A DNA stretch of 64,000 nt from Octopus sinensis (Eukaryota): positions 100,254,001-100,318,000 of the forward strand of contig NC_043004.1 of the NCBI RefSeq assembly GCF_006345805.1, read 5' to 3'. Both the position numbers and the translations under genes were made by a program. Positions 37,861 through 51,067 of this stretch are shown one piece after another. The notes under the pieces are model-generated. The model did not search any database, was not told the origin of the DNA, and saw only the letters and a list, made by a program, of their open reading frames with translations. Position 1 is the stretch's first letter. Each line of letters opens with the position of its first letter.

Positions 37861-38258
37861 AAGGTATGAATATATTACTAGATCGGCCAAGATAGAGAGG
37901 GAATAGAAGAAAAAGAGAGAAATATGGAGGAGGGAGCATACAAAGGGGGGGACAGGGGGACTAAAAGAAGAGAAAAGGAACAGAGATAAGAAGAAGAAAA
38001 AGAAGAAAGAGAAAAGAGAAAGAAATAGGAAAGAAGGGACAAAAAGAAAAGAAAAAAGAAAAAAGAGGGTTCTAGTTATACAGAAGAGCTAGTAGACCTG
38101 TAAGTCTGGTTTTAATCAAACAGGCATCTATATATATATATAATTTAAAATATATATATATATAATTTAAAAATTAAGGGTAAAAATTGATATTAGTCAA
38201 TTAAAACCAGTGGTCTAGCACATTAAAAAGAATCCGAAGATTAAAATATTATATATAC

Positions 38259-38418
38259 CAATTAAGGACTGAACACGAAAAAGTGGACAGTCAACATGCT
38301 AGATATAGACGTCAAATCGCCATTCTCCACAAAGAGAACATAATCTTTGTGGAGAAGGCGATTTGACGTCATATCTAGCATGTTGACTGTCCACTTTTTC
38401 GTGTTCAGTCCTTAATTG
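38259..38418. repeat. 160-bp hairpin with 8-nt loop, flanked by TA repeats on both sides
   Basis: CAATTAAGGACTGAACACGAAAAAGTGGACAG...CACAAAGA-GAACATAA-TCTTTGTG...CAGTCCTTAATTG. Confidence 0.93.
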
Positions 38419-38937
38419 TATATATATATTATATATATATATATATGTCTCAACGGCTATAACACAAGTATTTCTAAACCAACCTTCTGCTCCTTCTCTA
38501 TATTCCTTACATATATAATCTACTACTTTCCAACCTACAGAACACAGCTGTTTTCCTAACCTATACCACATTCACTACACACACCTTCTATCCGTTATTA
38601 TAACACCTTTCACTAATTCCATATTATTCTTTATCGTTACTATACATACACTAAGTACATTGCTACATTATTACAACTCGCCACACTAAATTCTCTACAA
38701 ATCTAAGACTACACTTTATCACACTGAGTATAAAGTGACAAATATTACACTTCATCACGGTAGCTGCACTTCTACCCTAATATGTATTATACATGAATAT
38801 ACGTGCATATCTAATACACTAACGATTCATTAGCAGAGAACACTACCTATACTTCCTCATATAACTAGATTACGGCAATGCACTACACTATTTACTACGC
38901 TTCTAAATTTATCGGGTTACTACATTATATATATAAT

Positions 38938-39248
38938 GTGAAGGCACATGGTCAGTGGTTAGAGCATCGCGCTCCCAAACATGAGGTAGCGATTTCGATT
39001 CCTGGATGGGCTGTACGCTTTGTTCTTGTTTAAGGCACTTTATTTCACGTTGCTTCAGTTCCCTCAGCTGTTGCAACGTCACGGATGGGGCCTTTGCCTT
39101 TTCCTAATATCGGTGGCGTGAAGAGGAGAGACTGGCATGCAGGGGCGATCGCTGGGCTTCCCTAGACAACCTTGCTCGGACTTGTGCCTTGGCGGGTAAC
39201 TTTCCAGGTGCAATTCCATGATCATTCAAGACCGAAGAATGTCTTTTA
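38938..39248 (+). mobile_element. tRNA-derived SINE (family D)
   Basis: GGCACATGGTCAGTGGTTAGAGCA A-box, TTCGATTCC B-box, AAGGCACTTTATTTCAC core-like motif. Confidence 0.65.
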
Positions 39249-39267
39249 CAATATATTGCGTAGCGCT

Positions 39268-41550
39268 ACATTTGCGAGCTTGCAAAATCGTTAGAACGCC
39301 TGGCATGATGCATATCGGCATTTCGTTTGTCTGTGTTCAAATCCCAACGAGGTCAACTTTGCCTTTTATCCTTTCGGAGGTGGATATATTAACTATCAGT
39401 CGAACACTGGGGTGAATGTAATCAACTAGCACCCTCCCTAAAAATTCCTGGTCTTGTACCAATATTTACACATCATCATAGTAACTACGTGATCACACTA
39501 ACACTACATACGGATTCCTCGCATTTACTACTTATTGTAGATGGTATTATATATAACAGTTATCAATTGATTTTGTATGACACAACACAAATTGGACTTA
39601 TTTCTCACTAACTACACTAATTAGACTCGATCTCGCAATGCACACTAATTAGACACAAATTCAATCGCTACAACACATGCTTCTCATTCCCACGCGCCAG
39701 TGCTTGGCATCAAATACATCGCTGCACAGTGAGAGAGCCTGTACCATGACGACCGTCATATTTCAAATAACTGGCATATCTTTCTGAAATCGCACACAGC
39801 GCCTTAAATATGCAAAGAACTTATTTGATAGTATCATCATAGTGTTCCCGATCGTGTGTGCTACACAACAACTAGGGCTACACAGCAACGTTATAATCAA
39901 CCATACTACACAGCCCTGCATTGCATCGAAGCTAAGCTTTCATTATCAGAGGCGTTTGTCATGTCTCTCTGTTTCAGCTCCCTCTTTCTCTCCTTTCCTC
40001 TTTCTTTCTCTCCCCACCTCTCTCTCTTGTGCATAGAATTGGTTCCCCCACACAACATCAATAACCAAAACAAAAGCGTCAAAATTAACAAAGAAAATGG
40101 TTTCAAATATTGGCACAAGGCCAGCAGTCTCAGGGAAGGAGTAAGTAGATTACATCAACCTAAGTACTCAGCTGCTACTAATTTTATCGACTCCGAAATT
40201 CCTCGGCGGAATTTAACCTTGGAACTCAACGACAGACGAATTGCCGCTAAGCATTTTGCTTGGCGTGCCAACGATTACGCCAGGATACCGCCTTGCTGAT
40301 GACAAAGATAATGATAACAGAAAAATCACTGCAACTAACAACAACAACTCTACCTACAACAAAAACAACAACGAATCTCACATCAGCACAAGCAGTACCA
40401 ACAACTTCTATAGCAACTATAGCAACAACAACATCACGACCATCAAAAGCAGCAAGTAGACTATTAATAATATCGACAAAAAACCCACTATTACCAGCAC
40501 CAGCAAAAACACCGTGGACAAAACACCAAAGAAAACTCCATCTCTACTAACAACAACAGCAACAGCACCACCAGCAACGCCAAAAGGAGTAACAACAATA
40601 ACAACTATCACACCGCCACCAACACCAGCAACAATAACAATATTGATTTCAAATTTTGGCACGAATTTGGCCAGCAATTTAGGGGAAGGAATAAATGGCG
40701 TATATGGACCTCAGTATTCAACTGGTAATTATTTTTATCGAGCCCGAAAGGGATAAAAGTCAAAGTCGACGTGGGGGGAATTTGAACCCAGAAAGTAAGG
40801 GCGGACGAGAAGCCGCTAAACATTTTTTCTCGCGCGCTAACTATTCTGCCAGGCTGCCGTCTTAAATAAACACATTCGCACGCCAGGCGAAATTCTGATA
40901 GGCATTTCGCCCATCTTTACATTCTGAGGTCAAGTTTGCCGAGGTGGATTTCGCATTTCATCCTTTAGGGGATGAATAAAATAAGTACCAGCACTGCAGT
41001 CGATTTCATCGACACAGCTGCACCCACGAAATTGTTGACCTTGTGTTAAAATTTGAAATCAATATTTAGATAAAAGTTTAGGAAATTTTAGTGATATTAC
41101 ATTGATATTAAAGATTTTTTTCTCGCAGATGGCTTTAAAAGACTGGTGAGAAAGAGGAAAACAGGTTGTCCTGAAAAAAAAATCGTTTCTTTCCTTCCAG
41201 GAAGGAGGTATTCTGAAAAGATATTTGGAAACCAGACTCGAATGCTTTGCAATAGATTAAACTCTACTAAACGCACATAGAGACTATGTGCTCAGTCGAG
41301 GAACGGAGTAGGTCAAACCCTCCCCTAAGTTGTCGATGGGAGGATCTGAACCTAGATCATAAACAGCCGGGAGAAATGAAGCAAAGCATCGCGTCCGATG
41401 CGCTAGCTGTTCTATGCCTCCACAATCCGCCGGAGTCTACTTTGCCTTCCATCCTTTCGAGGTCGATAAAATAAGTAACAACGTCGGGATCGATATATAA
41501 CCGATACAGCCCCGCCCTCAAAATTGCTGGCCTTGTGCCGAAATTTGAAC
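39268..41550. mobile_element. Cluster of diverged SINE family B copies on both strands (39268-39470, 40110-40285, 40655-40860, 40870-41060, 41390-41550) among (AAC)n tracts
   Basis: Each copy retains GTCGAC/CTTTGCC/CATCCTTT or GGAATTT-AAC motifs. Confidence 0.7.
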
Positions 41551-42257
41551 GTAATAGTAATAGTAACACGTATAACAACATCTGTAATGGCAGGACATCC
41601 ACAACACCAGCATCACCACCACCATAACCACCAACGCAGAACAATACTAACAACAAGAACATCGTAATAATAACAATGCTATTAACACCAGTAACAACAA
41701 CACTAGCTCCATCATCATCGTCGTTGTCATCATCATCATCATCATCATCATCCTCATCATCATCACTATCATCATCATCAGTAACACCACCCTAAACACC
41801 AACGCCAAATAACCACAGGTCCACCAGCCTCGCTGCCGTAATAAACAAAACAACAACAGCAACAACATGAAGAACAATATCAACAGTGTATCTTACAAAC
41901 CATCTAGTTACCGACCATTTGCCAAATAAATCTGGATCAATTGTTTTGGGCTGTTTTCTTTTTTTTTCCTTATAACGTTTTTTTCTTTATTATTTTATTA
42001 CTGATTTTATTGGGGGTCTCCTACATTTTTTTCTTTTTCTTGCTTTTTTTTTTGGTGGTGGGGGCCTTAATAATCATATATGTTTTATATTCATAATTTT
42101 TTATATATTTTCGGTGATAAGAGTGAGGGACAACGGGGTGGTAGAAATTTGTACTTGTTTTGGCATTTCTTATCCTTACTCTTCTTGTAGTTGTCGTCCC
42201 CTCCACTTGTTTGCGATTTCTTTTATATTCGTTATTCGTTTTCTCTTACAAACGCCA

Positions 42258-42260
42258 TTA

Positions 42261-42318
<58 letters not shown>

Positions 42319-42431
42319 TGTTATTATTATTTATTATTTTTATTATTATATTATTATTATTATATTATTATTATTATATTATTATTATTATTATTTTTTA
42401 TTATATTATTATTATTATTATTATATTATTA

Positions 42432-42493
<62 letters not shown>

Positions 42494-42500
42494 TTTATTA

Positions 42501-42538
<38 letters not shown>

Positions 42539-42641
42539 TTTATTATCATCATCATCATCATCATCATCATCGTCATCATCATTATCATACCCATCATGAT
42601 CATCGTCATGGTCATCATTATCACCACCATCATCATCATTA

Positions 42642-42683
<42 letters not shown>

Positions 42684-42760
42684 CATCATTATTATTATTG
42701 TTGTTGTAGTTGTTGTTGTTGTTTTATTATTATTATTATTACTATTATTATTCGTTTTAT
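42258..42760 (+). repeat. (ATT)n/(CAT)n tract
   Basis: Directly visible. Confidence 0.98.
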
Positions 42761-43169
42761 CTTCTAGATATTTTACTTATTTGTTTCTTTTCGCCTTTAT
42801 TTATCTTCGATATCTTTAATACAATTTCCAAAGGGAATATTACTGAAGAATCAATGTCTGTGTAAGCACACTCAACACACACACAGACACACAAACAAAC
42901 ACACACACACACACACACACGAGATTGAGTGTGTCAGGGAGAGAGAAGAAAAGATAGAGAGAGAGAGAGAGAAAGGACTCAGAGAGAGAGAAAAGACAGA
43001 GGGAGAGAAAGAGAGTCCCTGTTTGCAAGTTATGTCTACATAGCTGCATACAGCTTATTTATCATATCCACCCAAATGTGAGTACCATGTATTGACGCAC
43101 CAACAGAGTACTCCTGCTCCATTTCAGATGCAACAAGGATGCATATATACATAGAAACACAGATATATA

Positions 43170-43255
43170 ACACAGATCTATGTGTATGTATGTATATATG
43201 TATGTAATGGTATATAAATATATATATGTAATAAGTAAGTATATGTACAAGTACG

Positions 43256-43289
<34 letters not shown>

Positions 43290-43471
43290 CATATATATAT
43301 ACATACTAATACGTATACATATGTATATATATATATATATGAGCGTGCATATATGTCAATATATATATATATATGTATACGTATATATATGCATACACAT
43401 ATCCACAATGTTTCCTGCATATGTGTGTGTATGTGTATGTGTATAGATACATGAATATACAAAGAAAGATG

Positions 43472-43503
<32 letters not shown>

Positions 43504-43584
43504 CAAATATACATATATATGTATATATATGTGTAGGTAGACTTGTTATATATATATCATTATATATTTTATATATTCTATATA

Positions 43585-43652
<68 letters not shown>

Positions 43653-44154
43653 TACACACATATATATACACACATATATACACACGCACACACATACAAA
43701 TGTATATATATATATGTATGTATATATATAAATTTATGTGCAGAAATACGTATGTGCACACATCTTATACATTTGAGTTTATTTATATAATATATACAAA
43801 ATTAATACATGTACATGCGAACATATATACAAGCATACATAAAAGCATATATACATGTAATAAGGCATACATGGCAATATACGTAATTATTCGTGTGTAA
43901 GTGTTCAGTTCGATTAGTGTACGTTAGGGGATTGTAGTGATGATGGCGATGCGGGGGCGTCAAGGGTCGTAGTGGCAATGGTTATGGTGGGTGTAATGTA
44001 TAACTACCATATATACAATAACACACACTGATGCACACCAGGGGCAAATAAAACAACTACGTGTAACAAAAGCAAAAATAGATCAATTTAGCCGAGGGAC
44101 TATATAATACATACGTATACAGAAACGTACACACATCTATTTCACACACACACC

Positions 44155-44189
<35 letters not shown>

Positions 44190-44722
44190 ATTATATATAT
44201 ATCCATAATCATATATATATATATATATACATAATCATATATATATATATACATGTATGTATGTATATGTAATACTTATACATTTATATATATGCATAAT
44301 ATATATATATATATACATGTAATACAATATATATATATAAATACATATATAAATAAATATATATATATATATATATATACATAATATATATTGTGTGTGT
44401 GTATGTATGTATGTATGTAGCACATATATGACATACATGTATACCAATATATAGGAAATATATATTCATAAGTGTGTATGTATAAATAAATGTGTAAATG
44501 ACATATGTATGTATGTTTATGCCCGTTTGTGTGCATATGCCCGTTTGCATGCGCCTGTATGTGTGCGGATGTGTGTGTTTGGGTGTATATATACACATAT
44601 ATAGAGATAGTAAGATAGATAGATAGATAGATAGTTAGATCTATGTTATATGATATGACATGATAGATATATATAGATATATATATATATATATACATAC
44701 ATGTATATTATATATACGTAAT

Positions 44723-44764
<42 letters not shown>

Positions 44765-45683
44765 ATATGCATGTATGCATCTACGTATGTTTGTATGATT
44801 ATGGACATACGTATATATATATATAGATATATAGATATAATCACACGCACATACACAGTCACCATATATAAGCAATATCAAACAAAAGAAGAAGAATCGC
44901 AGCAACAACAACATTATGAATGATATACATAATATAGATAATGAAAAATACGTCACACAAAAGAAAGAGACACGCCCATCACCGCTCATTTTTAATTTAG
45001 TTAAGTAAATATATAGCCATTGTGTTTATTGTTTCTGTATGGAAAGTGGGGGTGAGGGTTACTGGGAATGCTTACGTGAATGCATGTGTATATGTGTGTA
45101 AATATATGCGTAGAAGTACAGTGTATATGTGACCTGTGTCTGAGTGCGTATCTCTATGCTGTTATATCACGGCCTGTCTACCTTTCTATGTGTTTGTGCA
45201 TCTATGTATACATCGCTTTCTGTATATGTGTGTGTGTTTGAGACAGAGTGAGTGTGTGTGTTACAGAGAGAAAGGGTGAGTGCATGTGTGTGTGTGTACG
45301 TGCGCGTATGTGCATTTGTGTGTGTGCGCGCGTGTGTGTGTGTGTATGTCTGTGTGTACTCATAAGTGAGTATGTTTCAATGGGTGTCCATGGGTGCGTT
45401 GTGTGCATACGTATATGGGCATGCTTCTCTGTACAGAACCATGCACGTATACATACATAGAAATATACTTATATTTCTCGTACGTGTATATATGTGTATG
45501 TATGCATGTGTGTTTGTATGTGTGTGTGAGCATATACATATACATAGTATATACATATATACTCACATACACATATATATGTGTGTATCTATACATATAC
45601 GCAAGCATGGACACAAGCACAACACACACACATACAGAATCATCCAATGTACATATATATATATGTATTTACATACATATATA

Positions 45684-45751
<68 letters not shown>

Positions 45752-45806
45752 AAGATATGTCTATATATGTATATGTGTGTATAGTATATATATATATATA
45801 TATATG

Positions 45807-45849
<43 letters not shown>

Positions 45850-45855
45850 ATATAG

Positions 45856-45888
<33 letters not shown>

Positions 45889-46000
45889 ATATATATAATA
45901 TAATATATATATATATATATTATATATATATATACATATATATATACATATATATACATGCATGTATGTATATCTACGTATGAAACTTATGCATGAATGA
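43170..46000. repeat. Dense (TA)n/(TG)n microsatellite zone
   Basis: Directly visible; source of the many Y/I-rich spurious ORFs. Confidence 0.97.
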
Positions 46001-47415
46001 ATAAGCATTTATGTACGAATTCTGTATGTATTTGGTAATTGGTGCATCATATACTTGTGTTTTTATCTCTGCCCAAGTTGTTTCTGTCTCTGTACTTGCG
46101 CGCATGTGCCTCTCTCTCTGTGGAATGTGGCACGATTATGTATATATTTATTTGATCTTATATATACATATATATGTAGGAGTGCACGCGCGCTTGTCTG
46201 TATGTGTTTGTTTATGTGTATTTCATTATTTGTATCTGTGATGCAGCGAAGTAATGTGTATATATTTCTGTCTGTGTTTGCGAATGTTTGTGCGTATGTG
46301 TTTAATACATGTTCGTGCTTTGTTTTGTTATTGTTGTTGTTGATTTCTTTTTGTTTGCGTGTGGCTGTTTATCTATACATGTGTGTTTGTGTGTGTGTGT
46401 GGATGGGAGCATCTGTGTATTTATATGTGGAGAGATATCGCTTCTCTTTGTACTGTTGGCGCAGTGAAAATCCACATTGTCAATAGAGGCATTTTCTATA
46501 GATCTCATTTTGCTCATAGATTATTACGATAACAATATCATGGAACGCTGTATGGCCGGTTAGCAGTGTGTACTTACACCTAATCCATGACTAATCCATG
46601 CTTGAGAATAATTCACAATGCCGATAAATAATTTATATAATTGATATTTCACACAAGTAAGAATGAGTAATCCATATGATAACGGATAACAATATTATTT
46701 GGGTATTTTTTCAATAGTTATACTCGTCCTTCTACACAATATTTCAGAGATTTCTTGCTTCATTATAATCCCTGTTATATCACAGGAAGAAAAAAAAAAA
46801 CTGATATTTCTCAGTGATGATATCTATGCATATGTATATACATACATATATGTATACGCAACGTGTTTGTGCATAAGTCGTAAGTAAATATATATGTTTG
46901 CGTACGTTATATAACCAAACATTTCTGGTCCCTGTGAAAAAACACGCCTTGGTGAAAGCACAAAAGTCTCTTTCGTTGAACGCTTTTTAAAGCACGACTC
47001 GCGTCGTTTCACTTTGTCATTGTTAATTCACCAGAACTGTTTACTTCAATTATTCGACCAAGAGAATTAGTATTTCATAACTATTTCTCATAAAAAAAAA
47101 TAATAAAACGATGGACAGTATGCACTGCTTCCACTCATTGTTTATTGATGTGTAACAGAACAATTAGGTATTAAGCGTGTCTACAATGCATTTTCCTGCA
47201 TACAAGTCGGCGCCCTATAAATAGTCAAACATTATCACTAACTTTCCAAATTTCGCTGCATTTCACATGGAATTATTAGACCTTCAAATTCACCTTGGTG
47301 TAATAATAGCCGCTCTATTCTTTTGAGCTGTAAATTTTGGTTTGGAAAATTTGACTTGTATTCTGGAAAAACTGCAGACAATATACGTGTATATATATAT
47401 ATATATATACATATA

Positions 47416-47784
47416 TATATTAATAAATAAAAACATATGCATATATATATATACATATATGTACGGTACGTACCTACCTCTACATGTATATATACACGCA
47501 ATATGAGTACAGGACACCAAAAAAACGTCGAACACAATGAGGATGAAACCATGGCGACTGAAGAAGGGGTTTTTCCTTGTGTTATTTGTCCTGTACTCTA
47601 TTTTTTGTTGTTAAGAAAAAAGTCCAGTTCCTTGGGTTTGTGTCTATGTTTTAGTTTCTCATTGTGTTCGACGTTTTTTTTTTGGTGTCCTGTACTCATA
47701 TATGCGTGTATATATACAATGTAGAGGTAGGTACGTACATATATGTATATATATATATGCATATGTTTTATTTATTAATATATT
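47416..47784. mobile_element. Element with a ~126-bp inverted copy of its own end (arms 47416-47541 / 47658-47784)
   Basis: GTACGTACCTACCTCTACAT...AACGTCGAACACAATGAG versus CTCATTGTGTTCGACGTT...ATGTAGAGGTAGGTACGTAC. Confidence 0.85.
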
Positions 47785-47829
47785 ATATGACGGAACGCAC
47801 GCATCTCTTTCAAAGTAAGATTGTTCTTG

Positions 47830-47873
<44 letters not shown>

Positions 47874-47900
47874 TATGTATGTATGTATGTATGTATATAT

Positions 47901-48263
47901 ACTCTTTTACTCTTTTATTTGTTTCAGTCATTTGACTGCGGCAATGCTAGAGCACCGCCTTTTAGTCGAGCAACTCGACCCCGGGACTTATCCTTGTAAG
48001 CCCAGTACTTATTCTTTCGGTCACTTTTTGCCGAACTGCTAAGTGACGGGGACGTAAACACACCAGCATCGGTTGTCAAGCAATGCTAGGGAGACAAACA
48101 CAGACACACAAACACATACATACATACATATATATATATACATATATACTACCAAATCCACTCACAAGGCCCGGGGCTATAGCAGAAGACATTTGCCCAA
48201 GATGCCACGCAGTGGGACTGAACCCGGAACCATGTGGGTGATTAGCAAGCTACTTACCACACA
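47901..48263 (-). mobile_element. SINE family A
   Basis: Tail CTCTTTTACTCTTTT-TTGTTTCAGTCATTTGACTG and head GGGACTGAACCCGG, both seen on the plus strand. Confidence 0.88.
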
Positions 48264-48313
48264 CCGCTATGTATATATGTATAAATGTACATATATATAT
48301 ATTTGCATATATG

Positions 48314-48370
<57 letters not shown>

Positions 48371-48632
48371 TTTATATAGTGTGGTGTGTGTATGTGTGAG
48401 TGTGTGTGTGTGTGTGTTAAAATAATAAGGGTGTGAAAAATTGAATATTTTAAATTTAAATTTAAATAACCAGCAAAATTCACTGCAGAAATTTATTTTC
48501 TTCTGAATTATTTCCGGTATTTTGGCATGCCAAAACGAAAGGTAACCCCAAGTGTAATTGGTAGAACTATCTAAATGTTAAATCTTTTGTGGACGTCTCG
48601 TGCATAGTTCTGCAAATATTCTTTGCAAAGAC

Positions 48633-48693
48633 GATCACACTGACGAGCTACGGATAATTACGTAAGTGATAATAGCGAAACTAGATTGTGATT
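48633..48693 (+). ncRNA. Type I hammerhead motif with U16.1>A
   Basis: GATCACA-CTGACGA-GCTA-[22 nt]-TAGC-GAA-ACTAG[A]-T-TGTGATT: helix I 7 bp, helix II 4 bp; helix III would be the palindrome ACTAGT if 48685 were T. Confidence 0.7.
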
Positions 48694-48838
48694 AATCTCT
48701 ATTTTGTTTCTCTTCATTTGTCTTGCTCGTTTAAGTTCGGGCGTTTTCTAAAAATTTCTTGAGAACATTCCTTTCTTAGTGGTAAGACCATAGCAGATCT
48801 ACTTCTAGCTTAATGGATGTCCACTATCCTTATATTTC

Positions 48839-48881
<43 letters not shown>

Positions 48882-48974
48882 CTTATTTATTTTTGTTCCA
48901 AGATTCCTGATGTGAAGTCGTGTTTTGAAACCGATATTGTTGTATTTCGGGTTTCTTCTTTTATTCTTCTTTAA

Positions 48975-49286
48975 ATTGTTTCAGTCATCTTGACTGTGTC
49001 CATGCTGGAGCACCGCCTTTAGTCGAATAAATCGACCCCAGGCCTTATTCTTTGTAAGCCTAGTACTTATTCTATTGGTTCTTTTGCCGAACCGCTAGGT
49101 TACGGTGACGTAAGCGCACCAACATCGTTTGTCAAGCGATGGTGGGGGGACAAACACAGAAACACAAACACATACATATACATATATAAAACGGGCTTCT
49201 TTCAGTTTCCACCTACCACAACTACTCACGAGGCTTTTGTCGGCCCGGGTCTATAACAAAAGACACTTGACCGAGGTGCCACGCAT
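48975..49286 (-). mobile_element. SINE family A, 5'-truncated
   Basis: TTGTTTCAGTCATCTTGACTG...GAGGTGCCACGCA. Confidence 0.85.
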
Positions 49287-49327
49287 TCTGGAGTAAGTGG
49301 ATCAAGATCACAATAGAAAACGAAAAG

Positions 49328-49372
49328 TGTCGCTGAAGAGGTCACAGATGTGTGACGAAAGATTTCCGGACA
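49328..49372 (+). ncRNA. Minimal type I hammerhead ribozyme, catalytic core intact
   Basis: TGTCG-CTGAAGA-G-GTCAC-AGATGT-GTGAC-GAA-AGATTT-C-CGGACA: helix II 5 bp, helix I with a 1-nt bulge, helix III near-palindrome AGAT(C>T)T, UUC triplet. Confidence 0.75.
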
Positions 49373-49844
49373 ATGTGTATGAGCTAAAATATTAAAATAA
49401 GATCAGTAATAAACGAGTGAAGAGAAAATACATAGTGCGTGTGTTTATCGGACAAAAACATAATGACCATTAAAAATGATAGTCGTTACATATTTTTTCT
49501 TTATTGGCGCAAATTTGAGTTACAGCTTTTTCCAGTAGTCTTTATAGCTATATTACTGATATGTTTGCTCAATTGTTCGATTGATCAAATGAGAAAAATT
49601 TAACAACCTAATATTTTTCTCAATTGATCAATAGACTAATTGAGTAAACTTATAAGTAATGTACCTATAATGACTATTGGAAACAGTTATAGACCAAAAT
49701 TGTTCCGATAAAGGAAAAATATTTTTTGAAAACAAAAAATGCTAAAATAGGTTGGTTCATCTCAAATTCTTTTGAACTTCTAAATATATATATACATATA
49801 TATATATATATGTATATAATATATAATATATAATATATATAATA

Positions 49845-49875
<31 letters not shown>

Positions 49876-50007
49876 GGTGAATGAATTATCCTAGTATTGA
49901 TAATTCGGTTAATCGATACCTGGGTAGCAAATTCACGTCAAAAATCACGGTTGAAGCTTCATGCCAAGGGTAGAAACCCCGTGTTCTTGTGTGGTCATTT
50001 GTGTATT

Positions 50008-50267
50008 ATTTAAAATGAATAAAAGAATGGAGTCGAACGAAGATTTTAACACAATTCCTTTACTGTGAACATTATGTAGCAAGCCATAGAAAAGTTTTTG
50101 TCCGTCTTGAAGCTGATTGATTTTCCTTGTCTTTTTCCTAATGAGAAGACGGCATAAGCACACTTTATTCCTTCGGAATTAAGAATATGCAGTTTCGAAA
50201 CATGTGTTGAAAGTAAAGGAATTGTGTTAAAATCTTCGTTCGACTCCATTCTTTATTCATTTTAAAT
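50008..50267 (+). mobile_element. pLTR-like element: 56-bp inverted 3' end (50008-50064 / 50212-50267) enclosing a decayed hammerhead at 50132-50213
   Basis: TTTTC-CT[A]ATGA-GAAG...TTTC-GAAAC-ATGT-GT-T-GAAAG; the 3' end runs into (TA)n. Confidence 0.7.
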
Positions 50268-50296
50268 ATATATATATATATATATAATATATATAT

Positions 50297-50380
50297 TGGG
50301 CGAGTGTCTTCTGCTATAGCCCCGGGCCGACCAATGCCTTGTGAGTGGATTTGGTAGACGGAAACTGAAAAAAGCCTGTC

Positions 50381-50426
<46 letters not shown>

Positions 50427-50635
50427 TTGTGTATCTGTGTTTGTCCCCTAGCATTGCTTGATAACCGATGCTGGTGTGTTTACGTCCCCGTTACTTAGCG
50501 GTTCGGCAAAAGAGACCGATAGAATAAGTACTGGGCTTACAAAGAATAGTCCCGGAGTCGATTAGCTCGACTAAAGGTGGTGCTCCAGCATGGCCGCAGT
50601 CAAATGACTGAAACAAGTAAAAGAGAAAGAGAGTA
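50297..50635 (+). mobile_element. SINE family A, 5'-truncated
   Basis: Matches the family-A body and tail. Confidence 0.9.
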
Positions 50636-50637
50636 TA

Positions 50638-50677
<40 letters not shown>

Positions 50678-51067
50678 CTAGCAAACAAACATGTTTATTG
50701 AACTCCTAACACTTATTCTTTGTATGTATATAGATACTTCGAAACAAACATGATTTTTATGGAACTCCTAATACTTTTTGCTTAATATTTTCTCAGATAT
50801 TTCCTTGTAAACTGTTTCTAACATTTTCTTATTATTATCAAAGAATTTGTGACTACCAGTACAACAAAGCTTATATAACGCTTTACATTTTATTTTGACA
50901 ATGTTTTCTCTAAAAATTGAAACCGGTCAAGTGAATAAACATCTTTACAATTGCATTTTCAAACCTTCTTTCATATATATTTCCACTCGTGCGGTACCTT
51001 AGAACTTCACTTTGTTATATATATATATATTATATATATATAATATATATATATATTATATATATAC

